A stretch of 64,000 nt of DNA from Mobula birostris (taxonomy: Eukaryota), in NCBI RefSeq assembly GCF_030028105.1, contig NC_092395.1, positions 37,230,424 through 37,294,423 on the forward strand, given 5' to 3'. Below are positions 63,465 to 64,000 of this stretch, one piece after another. The notes under the pieces were generated by a model. That model saw only the letters and a program-made list of their open reading frames with translations, was not told the DNA's origin and made no database searches. The position numbers and the translations under genes were made by a program. Each line of letters begins with the position of its first letter. Position 1 is the stretch's first letter.

Positions 63465-64000
63465 GTAAGATTAATGTCCAGCAGAAACGTGGAAGTCATT
63501 GTATTTCGATATATGACTTAATTGTAATAAAGTGGTACAGCAGCCTTGTTGGGCCAAATGGCCAACTTCTGCATCTGTCTTGTGGTCTTGTTACCTCAGT
63601 CACAATCAGGTTTTTATGTGCTGTCACCGTGTTATCTGACTGTTGGGTGACAGAACATCAAGATGTTATTGAGATTGAGCTCTTTTTGACTACCATTTGG
63701 CCCCACTGAGTGAGGAAGTTACAAGGGCCTGAAGTAACTTCAGTTTCACTGTCTGGTCTTAGTGAAGTACTTGATAACTGGGCATCCGTACAAAGAGCAG
63801 GCTATAAGACTTAACCTGATGAGTGTTTGACTCTGGGCCTGTACTCACTGGGGTTTAGAAGAATGACAGGAGGTGCGATGTCTCATTGAAAAGCCTATGT
63901 GGAGAGGATGATTTCAATAGTGGGGGAATCTAGAAACAGAGGGCACAGCCTCAGACTACAAGGATGTCCCTTCAGAACAGACATGGAGAAATTTCCTTTC

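Noticed and set aside
63465-63709. C-terminal part of ORF 63260-63709
   Set aside because: Intron read-through past the conserved KLEPQ donor into CR1-type 3' end sequence

Overview
Eukaryotic, repeat-rich vertebrate DNA. The mix of CR1, Rex1, R4/Dong, Penelope-like and HE1/V-SINE-type repeats suggests a cartilaginous fish, probably a ray (inference). Most ORFs in the track are transposon fragments or noise. The real genes are two tandem, spliced perilipin-family genes on the + strand. (1) A complete, strongly diverged perilipin paralog with 7 coding exons (38799-47058; 1197 nt, 398 aa, no stops, all GT-AG, perilipin intron phases). Its N-terminal PAT/amphipathic region has become Pro/polar-rich while the C-terminal helix-bundle exons stay recognisable. 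It also has an in-frame internal splice donor that would remove the remaining amphipathic repeat region, a CpG-free CCAAT/E-box/TATA promoter, and a short 3' UTR with a CPE-like motif next to AATAAA. (2) The 5' part of a canonical PLIN3-like gene (ATG 59228, PAT exon 63269-63464) with a CpG-retaining promoter; it runs off the window. Upstream lie a full-length but decayed Gypsy LTR element (3935-8261), long CR1 copies, Tc1 relics, Penelope terminal repeats with decayed minimal hammerhead ribozymes, and a ~3.2 kb local duplication (about 18060-21240 vs 24500-27690) in which only one copy carries a near-perfect 23-bp hairpin. All family assignments are by eye from remembered motifs; no searches were run, and repeat boundaries marked approximate are estimates.
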